DNA of 64,000 bases, taken from the NCBI GenBank assembly GCA_028534125.1, contig CM052817.1, positions 36,582,001 to 36,646,000 of the forward strand. Direction: 5' to 3'. The position numbers and the translations under genes were made by a program. The first letter of the stretch is position 1. Each line of letters starts with the position of its first letter. Shown piece by piece: positions 1 through 11,285 of the stretch. The notes under the pieces were generated by a model. It searched no databases and had not been told where the DNA came from. It saw only the letters and a list, made by a program, of their open reading frames with translations. The DNA comes from Lama glama. Lineage: Eukaryota.

Positions 1-794
1 TTTTTTTTTTTGTCTTGTTTGTTTTTATTGAGATATAGTTGACATAGAACAAACACACATACATACACACACATATATTTATATATATATTTGATCTGGG
101 TGACAGATATACGAGTGTGTTTATTTTGTAAATATACATCAGGCAGTTTACTTAGATTTTTTGTACTTCTTCTGTATATGTATTATACCTCAATTAAAAA
201 GTTTACTTAAACAAAAGACTTTATGGATGTGTGAAATTTAGTTTGGTAGACTCAACATTTAACTTTGCAGTCTGTTTTGCAGGGACAAATGTTACATCCT
301 CTGCCCCACTTAATGAGTCTGCAGAATAATTATCAGTACCTAATTATATACATTCTTCCCCTGCTATGTCGTGTTTTAGAGCTTGACCACCTCTGTGAAC
401 TTTATAACCAAACTAATTCTTTCTTATGTGGTGTCTTGCCTGCTATAGAAAGAAAATTATATGAATCAAGGTGGTCTGGGTCCACATCTGGCCTCAACAC
501 TTCCACCACCCCTGTCATAGACACACGCGCACACATACACACATTATATGTCTCTCTCTGTATTAATGCCAGCTTCTCTTCTTTTCTCCGTATCTATAAA
601 AGACTCTGACAACTGGTTTTCGGTATCTCTCTTCTCTCCAAGGTGGTCACTTCCTTGGCAGAGTCTGTGTTTATTTAGATGATCAACCCATCACCCTATC
701 CTTCTGTGTTCTTTGATCTTCTCAACTAAACATTCAGATTAAGCAGAATTCTAAACATCCCCTTGTTCCCCAGAGCCCAAGATTTCAGTTCATC

Positions 795-1354
795 CACTGA
801 TTATTTAACCAAACACTAATCTAGGTACTGCTTTGAGGAACTTTACAGTTGTAATTAAAGTCCCAAATGAGTTCACTCCAAAATAGTGAGATTATTGAGA
901 TGAACCTGATGTAATCACACTTTGAACGGAGGAAGGGGAAGTCGGAGAGATTTGAAGTTTGAGAAGGACCTGCTTTGAAGGAATCCCAGAGAAGGAATGT
1001 GGGCAGCCTTCAGGAGCTGGTTGGCCATCAGCCTCAGCCCTGAACTGCAAAGACCTCAGTCCTAGAACTGCAAGGAACTGGATTCTGCTAACAACGTGTC
1101 CTTGGAAGCAGATTCCTCAGATAAGAGCCTTCAGATAATAGTCCACCTGGCTGATACTTTGATTTGGTGCCGTGATACCCAGAGCACAGCCTAGCCCGCC
1201 TAGATTCGTGACCTCCAGAATTGTGAAATAAGAAATGAGTTTGACACAGCATTGTAAACTGACTATACTTAAATAGAAAAAAAAAAGAAATCAATATTGT
1301 TTTAAGATGCTAAATTGATGGTAAGTTTTCACTCAGCAAGAGAAGACAAATATA
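795..1354 (+). mobile_element. MaLR MLT1-type LTR, interrupted by a ~45-bp L1 3' tip (~1243-1287)
   Basis: MLT1 motifs (gacctcagtccta..aactgcaaggaactggattctgc, tgacctccagaattgtga..ttgttttaag..gctaaatt); L1 tail gacacagcattgtaaactgactatact+polyA. Confidence 0.75.
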
Positions 1355-1827
1355 CCTTCTTTCCATTTCCATGATCCTACTGTCACATTCAAACCATGGG
1401 ACCTTGTCAAAACCTGGAATACCAATATTAAATGCCAGTTTCTTGTTCAGTAACTTCACCCTCCTGTTTCAGCTTTTCAGCCTCCAAGTGACTGATCCCT
1501 TTTAAGCCCCCCTTCTACTTGTCTCTTCCTGGCTTCGCTTTCCTGTGATGAATCACTTCACCTACTTATCTCTTGCTCCATTTTTCTATTGCTTTACCGA
1601 CCCAGCAAAACCACATCCTAGAATTTATTCATCCTTCTAACCTTCTCTATCGTCACTTCTTTGTGTTTGGGAAAACCATGCCCATTTGTGGCTTTGATGC
1701 CATCACATTCATAGAATCCAATCTTAGGGGTCCTTGGTTTTGCCATGCAATGTCTTTCTCTCTAGGTCCCTTATTAGAGTTAGAGGAAAAACTTTTCCTC
1801 TACCAATTTAGGTGCAGGAAAAACAGA

Positions 1828-2451
1828 TGTGGGGCATAATGAGGGCTGTGTCCCAGGTCTCGGTGAAGCCCCTGGGATGTGCCCTGCCAGATATGGGTCC
1901 TTGGCTTTGCACAGGAAAGGATTCAAGAGCGAGCCACAGTTGAGTAAAGATAGATTTATTTAGAGAGATACATACCACATAGAGTGTAAGGCAAGAGAAA
2001 GGCCATGAGGTGTGGGGGTTGGGTGCTCAGGTTAAAGTAAAAGTAGGTACACACTCCATAGACAGAGTGTGGGCCATCTCCAAAGAGATGAGGCGGCCAC
2101 GAGGCATGGTGTTGCCAGTTTTTATGGGCTCAGTAGCTTCACACGCCTACAAATGGGAGGACTGTTCCAACTACCCTTGGGAAAGGGGCGGAGATTCCCA
2201 GGAACTGGGCCACGGCCCACTCTTTGACCTTTTGTGGCTAGCCTTGTGACTGTCATGGTGCCTGTAGGAATGGTATTTATCATGCTAATATGTTAAGATG
2301 AGTATATAATGAAGCTCAAGGTCTACTAGAAGTCCAACCTCCGGCCATCTCAATCTTCAAGGCCTAGTGGGAGTTGAATCTTCTACCATTTTGGTGTTAA
2401 TTGCTGTCATTCCTTGAATAACTGTGCCCTGCTCCCTTCACTTCTGTCTCA
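1828..2451 (-). mobile_element. ERV1-type solo LTR (family A)
   Basis: TG...CA ends; poly(A) signal on - strand (tttatt ~1955); homologous to 20116-20650 and 22760-23378. Confidence 0.8.
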
Positions 2452-3679
2452 ATTATACCAGGTAACCACCTTTCCTTCCTTATGGCTTGTCCTCTTGGTG
2501 TGCACACATATTCTGGCCTGTCTAATTTAAACCAAACAAGAAATATTTTCTCTGAACCCCGAGATAGCCTTTAGGTATACTCCTTCCTGGAGACTTTTGG
2601 TGAGAATTGTCTGTACTCTGTTTCCATTCCTTCATTTACTCGTCAGTGCTCGGCCATTACCACTGACCAGTCTCTCACCGCGCTGATCAAAGGCCCCGGG
2701 TAGCTGTCAGCAGAGCTGTGGGAGATCATGGTGCATACAGTCTCTTGCACTGCTTTTCATTTGCTTCAACTTGGAGTGGTAGTGAAAGTAAGTATACTGG
2801 GATCCAATATAGATATTACATACATAACCCAAGTGCCTCCAGGCCTATAATAAACCCTGCCCTGAAACCTGGACTTGCCAGGGGGAAATTGGCCAGGGAA
2901 CAGACTGGGTCTTTACCGGCAACTTGCACTTGGTGGCCAGACAGGCAAATAGAGAACTCAGGGCAGCTGGGAGAGGCTTGGAGGATATGAAAAATCCTAT
3001 GAGAAGGATGAAGAGAGTTTCTTTTAGGTCCATAGGAGAGCTTTGAGTGTAAGTTGCCTGATTGTTGGAGTTACAGGCTCAGGAAGTTTGTTCCTTTAAT
3101 AAGAAGATTGTTTTTGATTTTGCTTTGGTTGCCATTCTGTATAATAAATCATATCCTTTATCAACACTAAACAAATTTGTAACCATCTGTTGCTGACATT
3201 CCATCGAGGACTGATACCCCTGTGAAAACCATACAAGCAAGCCCCCACTAGTATGGTTCTGGGAAAGGAGAATTACATCTCCCACCCCCCACCCCCAAAG
3301 TCTCACAGTTATTTTTGGAGTTTTCAAAAATGAGGCTCAAGTGAGTTCATGAGTGAGTCTGTCGGCTCCCTTTACCTGAAGGCATCTTTTCGGTTTGTCT
3401 AGTTACGTCCATGTGCACTGCCTACAAAAGCACATGGTGACACCTCACCTCTTCCAGTGCCCATTTAAGGTCTCTAGTGTCTGTAACAAGGGTGTGGACC
3501 CTAGATGGCCCTAAGGCTTTTGTTTAAGATCCTAAAGAAATCCTAATTTTGATAAGTGATTGCAAGACACATAAAACATGACAGTGAATTCAACCAGCCT
3601 GGAGATAGTCCAGCAGATCAGTGATATCATCAGAGATCCACACTCTGTTTATTATTCTGCCATCTAAGAAATTAATAGA

Positions 3680-4150
3680 AAGAGTTGGGGAAAAGCCTTA
3701 CATGGAAAATTTACAATTAAACCACAAATGATCATGAAACATTAAAAAAAGCTCACTCTTGCTAAGTCAGAGAACTATAAACTAAAACACTGATGTGCCA
3801 TTTGTTCCCTATCAAATTAAAAAAATTAAAATTATTATCTTATTCAATATTTGTTAGAATTTAGGGGAACAGGCAATCTTTTAAATTGTTAGGAGATTGA
3901 ATTTGGCAGAAAGTTTTTGTGGGAAATTAGTTATGTGTATTAAAGTTTTTTAAATGAGCGTACCTTTTGCCTCAGGATTCCTGGTCTGGAATTTATTTGG
4001 GTATGTGCAATAACAGCTCCAAGGGTGTTTTGTGACTAATAGAAAGATTGGTTAAATTATGGCACATAACAAACGACTGAATACCATGCAGCCATTAAAT
4101 ATAAAATTGTAAAAAGATACTGAATCATGGGGAGCCATGTTTGCAATATA
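3680..4150 (+). mobile_element. Old L1M (ORF2 end/3'UTR) remnant
   Basis: Degenerate L1 motifs (ctcactcttgcta..aactaaaacactgatgtgccattt, gttaaattatggcacat..gaataccatgcagccatta). Confidence 0.6.
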
Positions 4151-4169
4151 GCGGTTTTAGAAAATAATA

Positions 4170-4395
4170 ATAGCTACCAATCTATTGACTGCTAACCAGT
4201 GATAATGACTTCTTTACACACATTATCAGTACTTAACACACATTATCTTGTTTCATCTTTTCTACCCTGAGAGATTGTTTCCCCTGATTACCAATAACCA
4301 TCTAAAGACAAACTAACTAGTTCAAGTTCAAGTCGCCAGGGTTGGGGAGAACCAGGATTCAGACATAGGCTATCTGACTCTAGAGATGATGACTT
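4170..4395 (-). mobile_element. MIR SINE remnant
   Basis: aataatagctacca..tattga..ttcaagtc..ggattc..aggctatctgactc pattern. Confidence 0.6.
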
Positions 4396-5509
4396 TCATC
4401 CTTGTACTTTGTATGTAAGCCCATTTTTGTTTTTTGAGGAAATATGTGTGCACAGAAAAAGACTAAACGCAGATGGTATGTGGCTGATGGGTTACAGGCG
4501 ATTTTAATTTTTTTCTTGCTTGGTATGTAATGAGAGAGAGATAAAAAAAAGTTTAGTTAATTGAAAAAGTAAAAGTGCCAGATAAAGAACACATTCAAGG
4601 AAAAAACAACAAAGTAAAGTAAAATAAAGGGTTAAAGGCAAAAACAAAAAAATAAAAAACACACACATTCAGTGGAGTCCCAATAACCCAGCTCTATAAA
4701 TACTGGGCAGTTCAGAGAGGTGATGAGGTGGAGAGCAGAGAGTGGGGTCTGAGAAACTGAGTCACCCGCTTATCCTACTAAGTTTTGTCCTTGTGCTAAA
4801 TGGTCTCCTTTGAACCAGGTGACTCATCTGTAAAATTAGTAAGGTCCCCTCCCTCCCTAATATTCTATTACTACCTCAAATAACCAAACAATAAAAGAGA
4901 GAGCAGGACATTTGAAAATAGCCCCAAATAAAATGCTACCTTATACGCTGAAATAAGTCATTTCTTTACAATGCAATAATACATTTATGAAATGCCTACT
5001 TTAATCTGAATTTTTCAAACAGAATTTGATGGCAATGAAAGTATTAGGATGAGATTTGGAACCCTTTTCCTGAATCTGCACTATCACTTTCTAGCTTTTC
5101 CACACGATCAGTGTATTGAACATAAGTATTTATTACAGGAGTGTAAAGAACACATTTAAACTGTTTATTGTAATATTTTCATTCAAAATGTTTTGGTTTC
5201 CCCTTCCCCCCACCCTTAGATTCGGTTCCTGATTTTATTGGCCCTGGGCGGCTCACACCAGATCTCTCAGAAGCTCATTCAATAGAGACCGCCTACTTGC
5301 TCTGGGGTGGACAACGTGCATGACAGAAAAAAATCTGTGTCAATGTCCTCTGGTGCTTAGGGGTGTGGGACACCGGTATTGACCAAATCCATCTAGGTCA
5401 GCGCGGATATTTATCAGCTTAGTGGTTCCCTGGACTAATCGCCACTGTCCTTCTCCTACAAACCCTAGAGGAAGGAGTTTCTGCTTTGTCCTTGCATGCT
5501 CCAGGATAG

Positions 5510-5945
5510 TCATCGTCGTGACTCAGGCCCCGCGGGCGGGTGACAGGTCCAGTGTTGGTCTGGGTCCGCTCGCTTATCGCCGCCGGGCAGGCGGCGCCAC
5601 GCCTTCCGCTGGCGCGCGGGCACCGACCCCGAGGGAGGGGCCGCCGCCCTGCGCCCTCCACTCCCGGAGCCCGAAGCGTGCAAGGTGAAGCCGGCGTCGG
5701 TGTCGTTGGCGCTCGCCGCTCGCTGCCCAGACCGCTTGGCTGGCCGCCCGCCGCCCGTGGCCGTGAAGATAACTCAGGGCCAGCGCCTTCCCAGACCCGC
5801 CGCTGCGCCTGTGAGTTGGGGCTCGCCCGGAGCGCGCGGGCGCGGTGGGTGGGCTGCCCGCCGGGCTGTGAGCATCCGTCGCGGAAGGCCGACCCCGGCC
5901 GGGTTTTGCTGCCGGCGCGGGCTGTGTCCTGAGCCCTGCGCCGTT
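5510..5945. promoter_or_regulatory. ABCG2: CpG island / ABCG2 main promoter
   Basis: Only strongly GC- and CpG-rich segment in the window. Contains GC boxes (GGGCGG at ~5534) and an AhR core GCGTG at 5676-5680. Just upstream lie an inverted CCAAT at 5237-5241 and an HRE core ACGTG at 5314-5318. Confidence 0.9.
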
Positions 5946-6202
5946 CCAGACTGAGTCCAGAGCTGGAAGGGGGCAGCCTGGAAAGGAAGCAGGGAGTTTT
6001 TGGAAAAGCTCTCCACTATTTAGAAAGCACAGTGCAGATGCTTGATGTCTTTGTTAAGTAGGAGCTGCTTCCGTAGGGTATGTTTGGAAGGTCCCGCTGA
6101 CTCATCTTAGAGTTTATATAAATGATTGTTCGTACTTTGCCTCTGAGCGTAGCAGCTCCTGAGATTGAAGCCCTTGGTTAAACTGAACCGCTACTAAGCT
6201 GA
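5690..6202 (+). other. ABCG2: ABCG2 non-coding exon 1 (long form); 5' boundary approximate
   Basis: Ends ...CTACTAAGCTGA|gtgagt. 6020-6202 resembles the recalled human ABCG2 5'UTR (TTTGGAAGGTCC..TGACTCATC..CCTGAGAT..TTGGTTAA..TAAGCTGA). Confidence 0.85.
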
Positions 6203-9200
6203 GTGAGTAAACTGTGAAAGCCGTTTGAGATGTGTGTGGCATGAAAGGTTCATGGGTATTGCGTGAACATTTGGTAGAAAAAAGAAATTGTACAAATGAG
6301 ATGTTTAGGTTTTAATTATTCCCTCCCAGTCCCCATACTTTTCATTTGAAACTATGAAATAGACTGAAAATTTAGACTTTTTTTTCCAGGAAACAATGTC
6401 TTGGTGCAACCAATTCCGTGTCTGGTAGTGTGTGCTAAGAGCCCGCTGGTAAAACTTTTACCTTTCTCCAAATGCATGAAACTAGAGTTGGTATGGGATG
6501 GATAAAACCTTATTGAGTATGGAAGTTACTACAAGATGAGAGAGAAATTTGTTACTTTAAAGGGATTAACCAACATATTCTATGTCTTTTTCTTCCCCCA
6601 GGACGTAAAGTTTGTCCACAACTTTAGATGGTTTGCTAAAGAGTTGTTGAGCTGTCTTTTGTAATTTTTCTGTGGATAGTTGACTTTTAATAACTTGAAA
6701 AATTTAACCAGCTTATTACAATACTGAAAAATAATTCTGAAGAAGTTAGAACAATACAGGAAAATACATGACTGAAAAAACTATATTGCAAATCTGGCAG
6801 TTTTAAAAAATCTGTATTATTGCTTACGTTTTATTTTTCTTGCCTAATAGAAATATAAAAGCTCATTCCATATTTCAGAAAAGAAAAAAGAAAAAAAAAC
6901 TTCATAGTAACAAATGTTTATTGGTCATCTTTATTCCAGACCCTGGCACTCAGCAAGAGCTTCCTTAGAAAACACATTCTTTTGCATCAAAATGTTATTA
7001 AAATGCACTTACAGCCAAAATGGATTTCTGCATTTATTTTTATTAAGCACTCATAAAGCATTTGAGGCAAACATAAGTATTACAAATGGAAAATAAAATA
7101 CACCAAGAATAGGGGAGCAGTTTTGGGGAGCAGATTAGAATAGTTGTGGACAGGAAATTAAAGTTACAACCTGGAGGCCAAAACAAAAAGGGACTGACCA
7201 GTCATACAATTCAATGAGGATAAAGGCAGGAAATATATGAGCTCCTTGGAGAAGATTTTTCCCGGCATCTACTTCTGAGGGAGATGTTTTGTGTCACAGA
7301 AGGATGCAAAGGAGACTGAAAAATGGCAGTGGGAGAGCATCCTTTGGGCTCATCCCATACATAGTACATGCACCACTGTGTTTTCTAGGACTACATGCAC
7401 TGGTTGTGATTTTCCTTACGGTAAGTGTTATAAGAAACACCTGTTGGATGCTAAGCCCCTATGGTCACATACGCTGCTGTTTGACGACTTAGGGCTTGTT
7501 TGGGAATCTGGATTTTTTTAGAGGGATAGGTAGACCTGTTGTCCTTCAGATACTCTGTATTTCTCTCAAGCATTTTTGATAGAAGTTTGGCAGCTGTTGA
7601 AGTCTATTTCAAGTGGGAAGGTTTATTACTGGGATTATAGGTTAGGGTTGTGATCTTTTAGTGCAAATTAAAGAATCTGAGTGGCCATCCTCTCTCTAGG
7701 ACATAGAATGTAGGATATATGGGTCTACAGGAAGTACAAATTTATCCTTTAAAAAATCAGTTCCCACTTCACTCCATGATGTGAACCAATAACGATAAAT
7801 TGTCTAGATGATTTTGGCCTCATTTTTTTTCCCCAGCAACAGCTTTGTGAAATATAATTCACATGTCATACAGTTCACACCTATTTAAAGTGTACAGTTT
7901 GTGCAGTCATCATGTTTTCATCATCCTCTCCCCTAAAAACCTATTAACACTCACTCCCCCTTCTCAGCATAGTCCCCCCACCCCCTCTGGTTTTTTGGAA
8001 GCAGATATTCTGCCTCACTAGGAGACTGTTAAGAAAGTGGATATCTAATTTTTGACCCACATAGTTAGCTTGTTTATAGAAATAAAGAAAATATTCAGAG
8101 AATCATTGCATTGAAAATTATTGTACTGTAGTTTAAACTGAGGTGGGTGGGTGTGGGTTAAGCAAAAATGCTGCCCCCATCCTGATTTCAAATAAGTTTT
8201 GTTTTCAGCAGGAGGAGTGGGATGAAATCTTGGCAAGGTCAGAAACCATGTTGAAAATGCTGATCCCTAGCTCAGTCCCTTTGGACTGGCAACTGAAAAG
8301 ACCCGTTAGTCTTTGGAAGAGGAGTTGGCTGGAAATTAGTGCATAGGCCCAGGTAGCATTAGGTATTTCTGTGTCATTTCATAGGCATTGAGTTTTTTCC
8401 CAGAAGGGTAAAAATGGAAGTCTCCAGAAAACAAGAAGCCCTGTGATCGCCCTCTGAAGACACTTGAGCTGAGTGTCTTACAAGGAAAGAGGAAAGACTT
8501 CTGGAACAGTATACAGACTTCATCAGATACTTTTACACAGGAGTTCTGCCTCTTCTCTTCTTATTCTGCACAGCCTGACCCTGGCTCCACCCTGACCGGA
8601 CCCTAGGGAACAGGATGGGTAGAAAAGTTAGAGGGACAACAGAATAGTTAGAAAGGGAGAAGGAAGCGTTTCATTTTACCCCTTTTCCTCAATCATCCCG
8701 TGTTAGTTTGGAATGTGTTAATACAAGATCGTCGGGTCCTCAGAGTAATAAAGGAGGTAGCCATTAACTGGTGAGTGCTTGCTGTGTGCAGGTGGTTTTT
8801 ACATCTGTTCTCAGTTTATGCTCGCACTAAACCTTCCAGGGAGGTTTGGGAGTTTGGTATTTATAGAGGAGGCTGAGGGGTCTCAGGGTCATTTATAGCT
8901 GGAACAAAAAAACCATATTGAACTTTAACTGGAGTTCACCAATCCTTGCTTTTCTTTTCTTTTTTGGATCTAGCCTGGTCATTTGTTTCACATTTTCCTT
9001 ACATGTTCACAAAGCAGCTCACAGGACCACGGAAAGAGTGTGTGAGTTGACAGGGAGAGGAAGGCCCAGACCTAACGTGCTTCTATAAACTGTGCCATTT
9101 CTTCATTTTCTTTTTGATGAAGACTTTTGATGAAGTCTCCTCATCTCTCTGGACTACAGTTTCTTCACGGGACCAGAGAATGTATGAGTTTGAATGGGTG

Positions 9201-10219
9201 GAGTCTGATTGTATTTGAGTCCAGAAGTGGAATCTGGGCTAGTTGAAAGTGCCAGAACAGTAGTACAGAGTGTCAGGTATGCTAAGAACACTTCATATTC
9301 TTAACTGATCCATCAGTGAAGGTTTCTGCAAACTTGCCGTCTATTTTGATTTATAATCTTTCTGATCCATTTCTCCTGTTTCATAACATGGGGATACTGT
9401 TAGATGTCTTCCCAGAATACTTCATATGATGGTTACCTCAAATAAAATGTGTGCGTCAGAAACCATGAAGTAGTAAGCTAATTTTAGTTAAAAATTGAAG
9501 GGTATCATTTCAGCTATACCTAAATCTTAATAGTAATAGTATTATCATACTAAACCGTTCACTGCTTCTATCTGGAATCTAAGGTATGAGTAGACTCCGT
9601 TTGACATATGCAGTGAGATTTACTCCCAGATGTAACTAGCAGCCTATGGTCAGTTGACTCATTCCAGTTGCTCCAGTATAGATCCATCCTTTCTACTTCA
9701 CTCTTTCCTGGAGCTACAAACCACTCACTGTGTTCTGATTTCATACTTAGATATATGCCTTCCCTCTCTCCCAGTTAGATAGGTGTGTTCTATTTTGCCC
9801 CCTAGAATGCCACCCAATCTGGAGAAAAATTCAAGAGGTTTGAATTTTTCAACAGAAATCAAATTACTATTCTCCTCTCCCTTCGTAATTGCCACCTAAA
9901 CAAGGAAGAGGTACAAATTGCTCCTGGAGAGCAGTTTACAAAATGTAAACTTCCTGCTTTCTTCCTTGTCAGTGTGATAAGGATAGCCCCTACACTTGGT
10001 TTTTAGGATGTTACAGCTCTCCTATCATTTGAATTTCAGCTAATTTAAAGTATGTTAGAGAAACAAGGAAAAGATATCTTTGAAGTGCCAATGCATTTCA
10101 AAAAATACATTTAACTGCGGCTAGGTGGTATAGGTCTTGAAGTTTTAAAGAATAAAGATGATATTTTAAGTCTAATATTACACTTGCATTAGAAGCATTG
10201 GGAAATACTGAGGTTATTT

Positions 10220-11285
10220 CATTATTTTAATTTTTTATTTTGAAATAATTTTAGACTGAAATGTTGCAAAAAAATGGTTCAGAGAGTTCCTCTGACATCT
10301 TATGTAACTAATTGTTGAAACTAATGGATTAACATTGGTAAATGCTATTAACTATAGACTATTTGGATTTCATCAGCTTTTCACTATTCTTTTTGTTCAG
10401 AATGCAGCCTAGGAGCGCAAACTGCATTTGATTGTTATATATCCTCAATTTCTTCTAATCTGTGGCAGCTCCTCAACCCTCTTGTTTTTTCTGACCTGGA
10501 CACTTGTGAAGAGTGCTGGTCAGTTATTTTGTAGAATGTCCTGCAATTAGTACTCAGTGTTTTCTCATGATTAGATTGAAGTTATGTATTTTGGGAAGAG
10601 ATACTATAAGTAATCCCAGTGCATCATATCAGGGGTCCATGATGTCTTATTACTGATGTAAACCTTCGTGAAGTGCTGTTTGCTAGGTCCCCCTTGTAAA
10701 GTTACTATTTTTCCCTTTGTATTTAGTAGATATCTTGGGAGAGAAACTTGGACTATGTAAATACCCTGTTTTTCCTTAAATTTTTAATCACTGGTTTTAG
10801 CATCCATTGGTAGAACTTGATGTACATGAAACTGTGTTGTTCTAATCATGATTTTAAAATTGGTTTTCTCATTTCTTCTATGTTTATTAATGAGAATGCT
10901 TCTGTAAGGAACAGATGTTCTTTCACCATTTATTTGTTCAGCTATTTTTATCAGTACACACTCATCAATATTTATTTTATTATATGCATTATAATCCAAT
11001 AAATCATCATTTAGTTTGCTGCTCAAATTGTCCCACCTTTGGCCACTGGGAGCTCTTCTTTCAGCTTGGCTCCTATGCCCTTTTGACAGACCACCTCCCT
11101 ACTCCATTTTTTAAAAAAGGCATTTCCTTACTTTCTGGCATCACAAAAGCTCCAGGCTCATTTTTATATTTTTCATGCCCCAGCCATGGAATCAGCCGTT
11201 TCTTCAAGGCACTTTGGTTCCCTTTTTTGGAGACTGTTATAAGAAACCAAGATCTGGCTACTAGGTATGTTGCTGGAGTTTCTTT
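10220..11285 (-). mobile_element. Old L1MC/L1ME 3' region
   Basis: ttttattttgaaataattttagact..ttgcaaa start; gagtgctggtcagttattttgtagaatgtc; ggaatcagccgtttcttcaagg..agaaaccaagatctgg. Confidence 0.7.

Noticed and set aside
4695..4725. TATAAATA upstream of the CpG island as a promoter
   Set aside because: About 1 kb from the island, followed by MIR-like sequence and only a weak donor; could be chance in AT-rich DNA.
5419..6016. Overlapping Arg/Pro/Gly/Ala-rich ORFs on both strands
   Set aside because: Expected stop-codon scarcity in a CpG island; most lack ATG starts.
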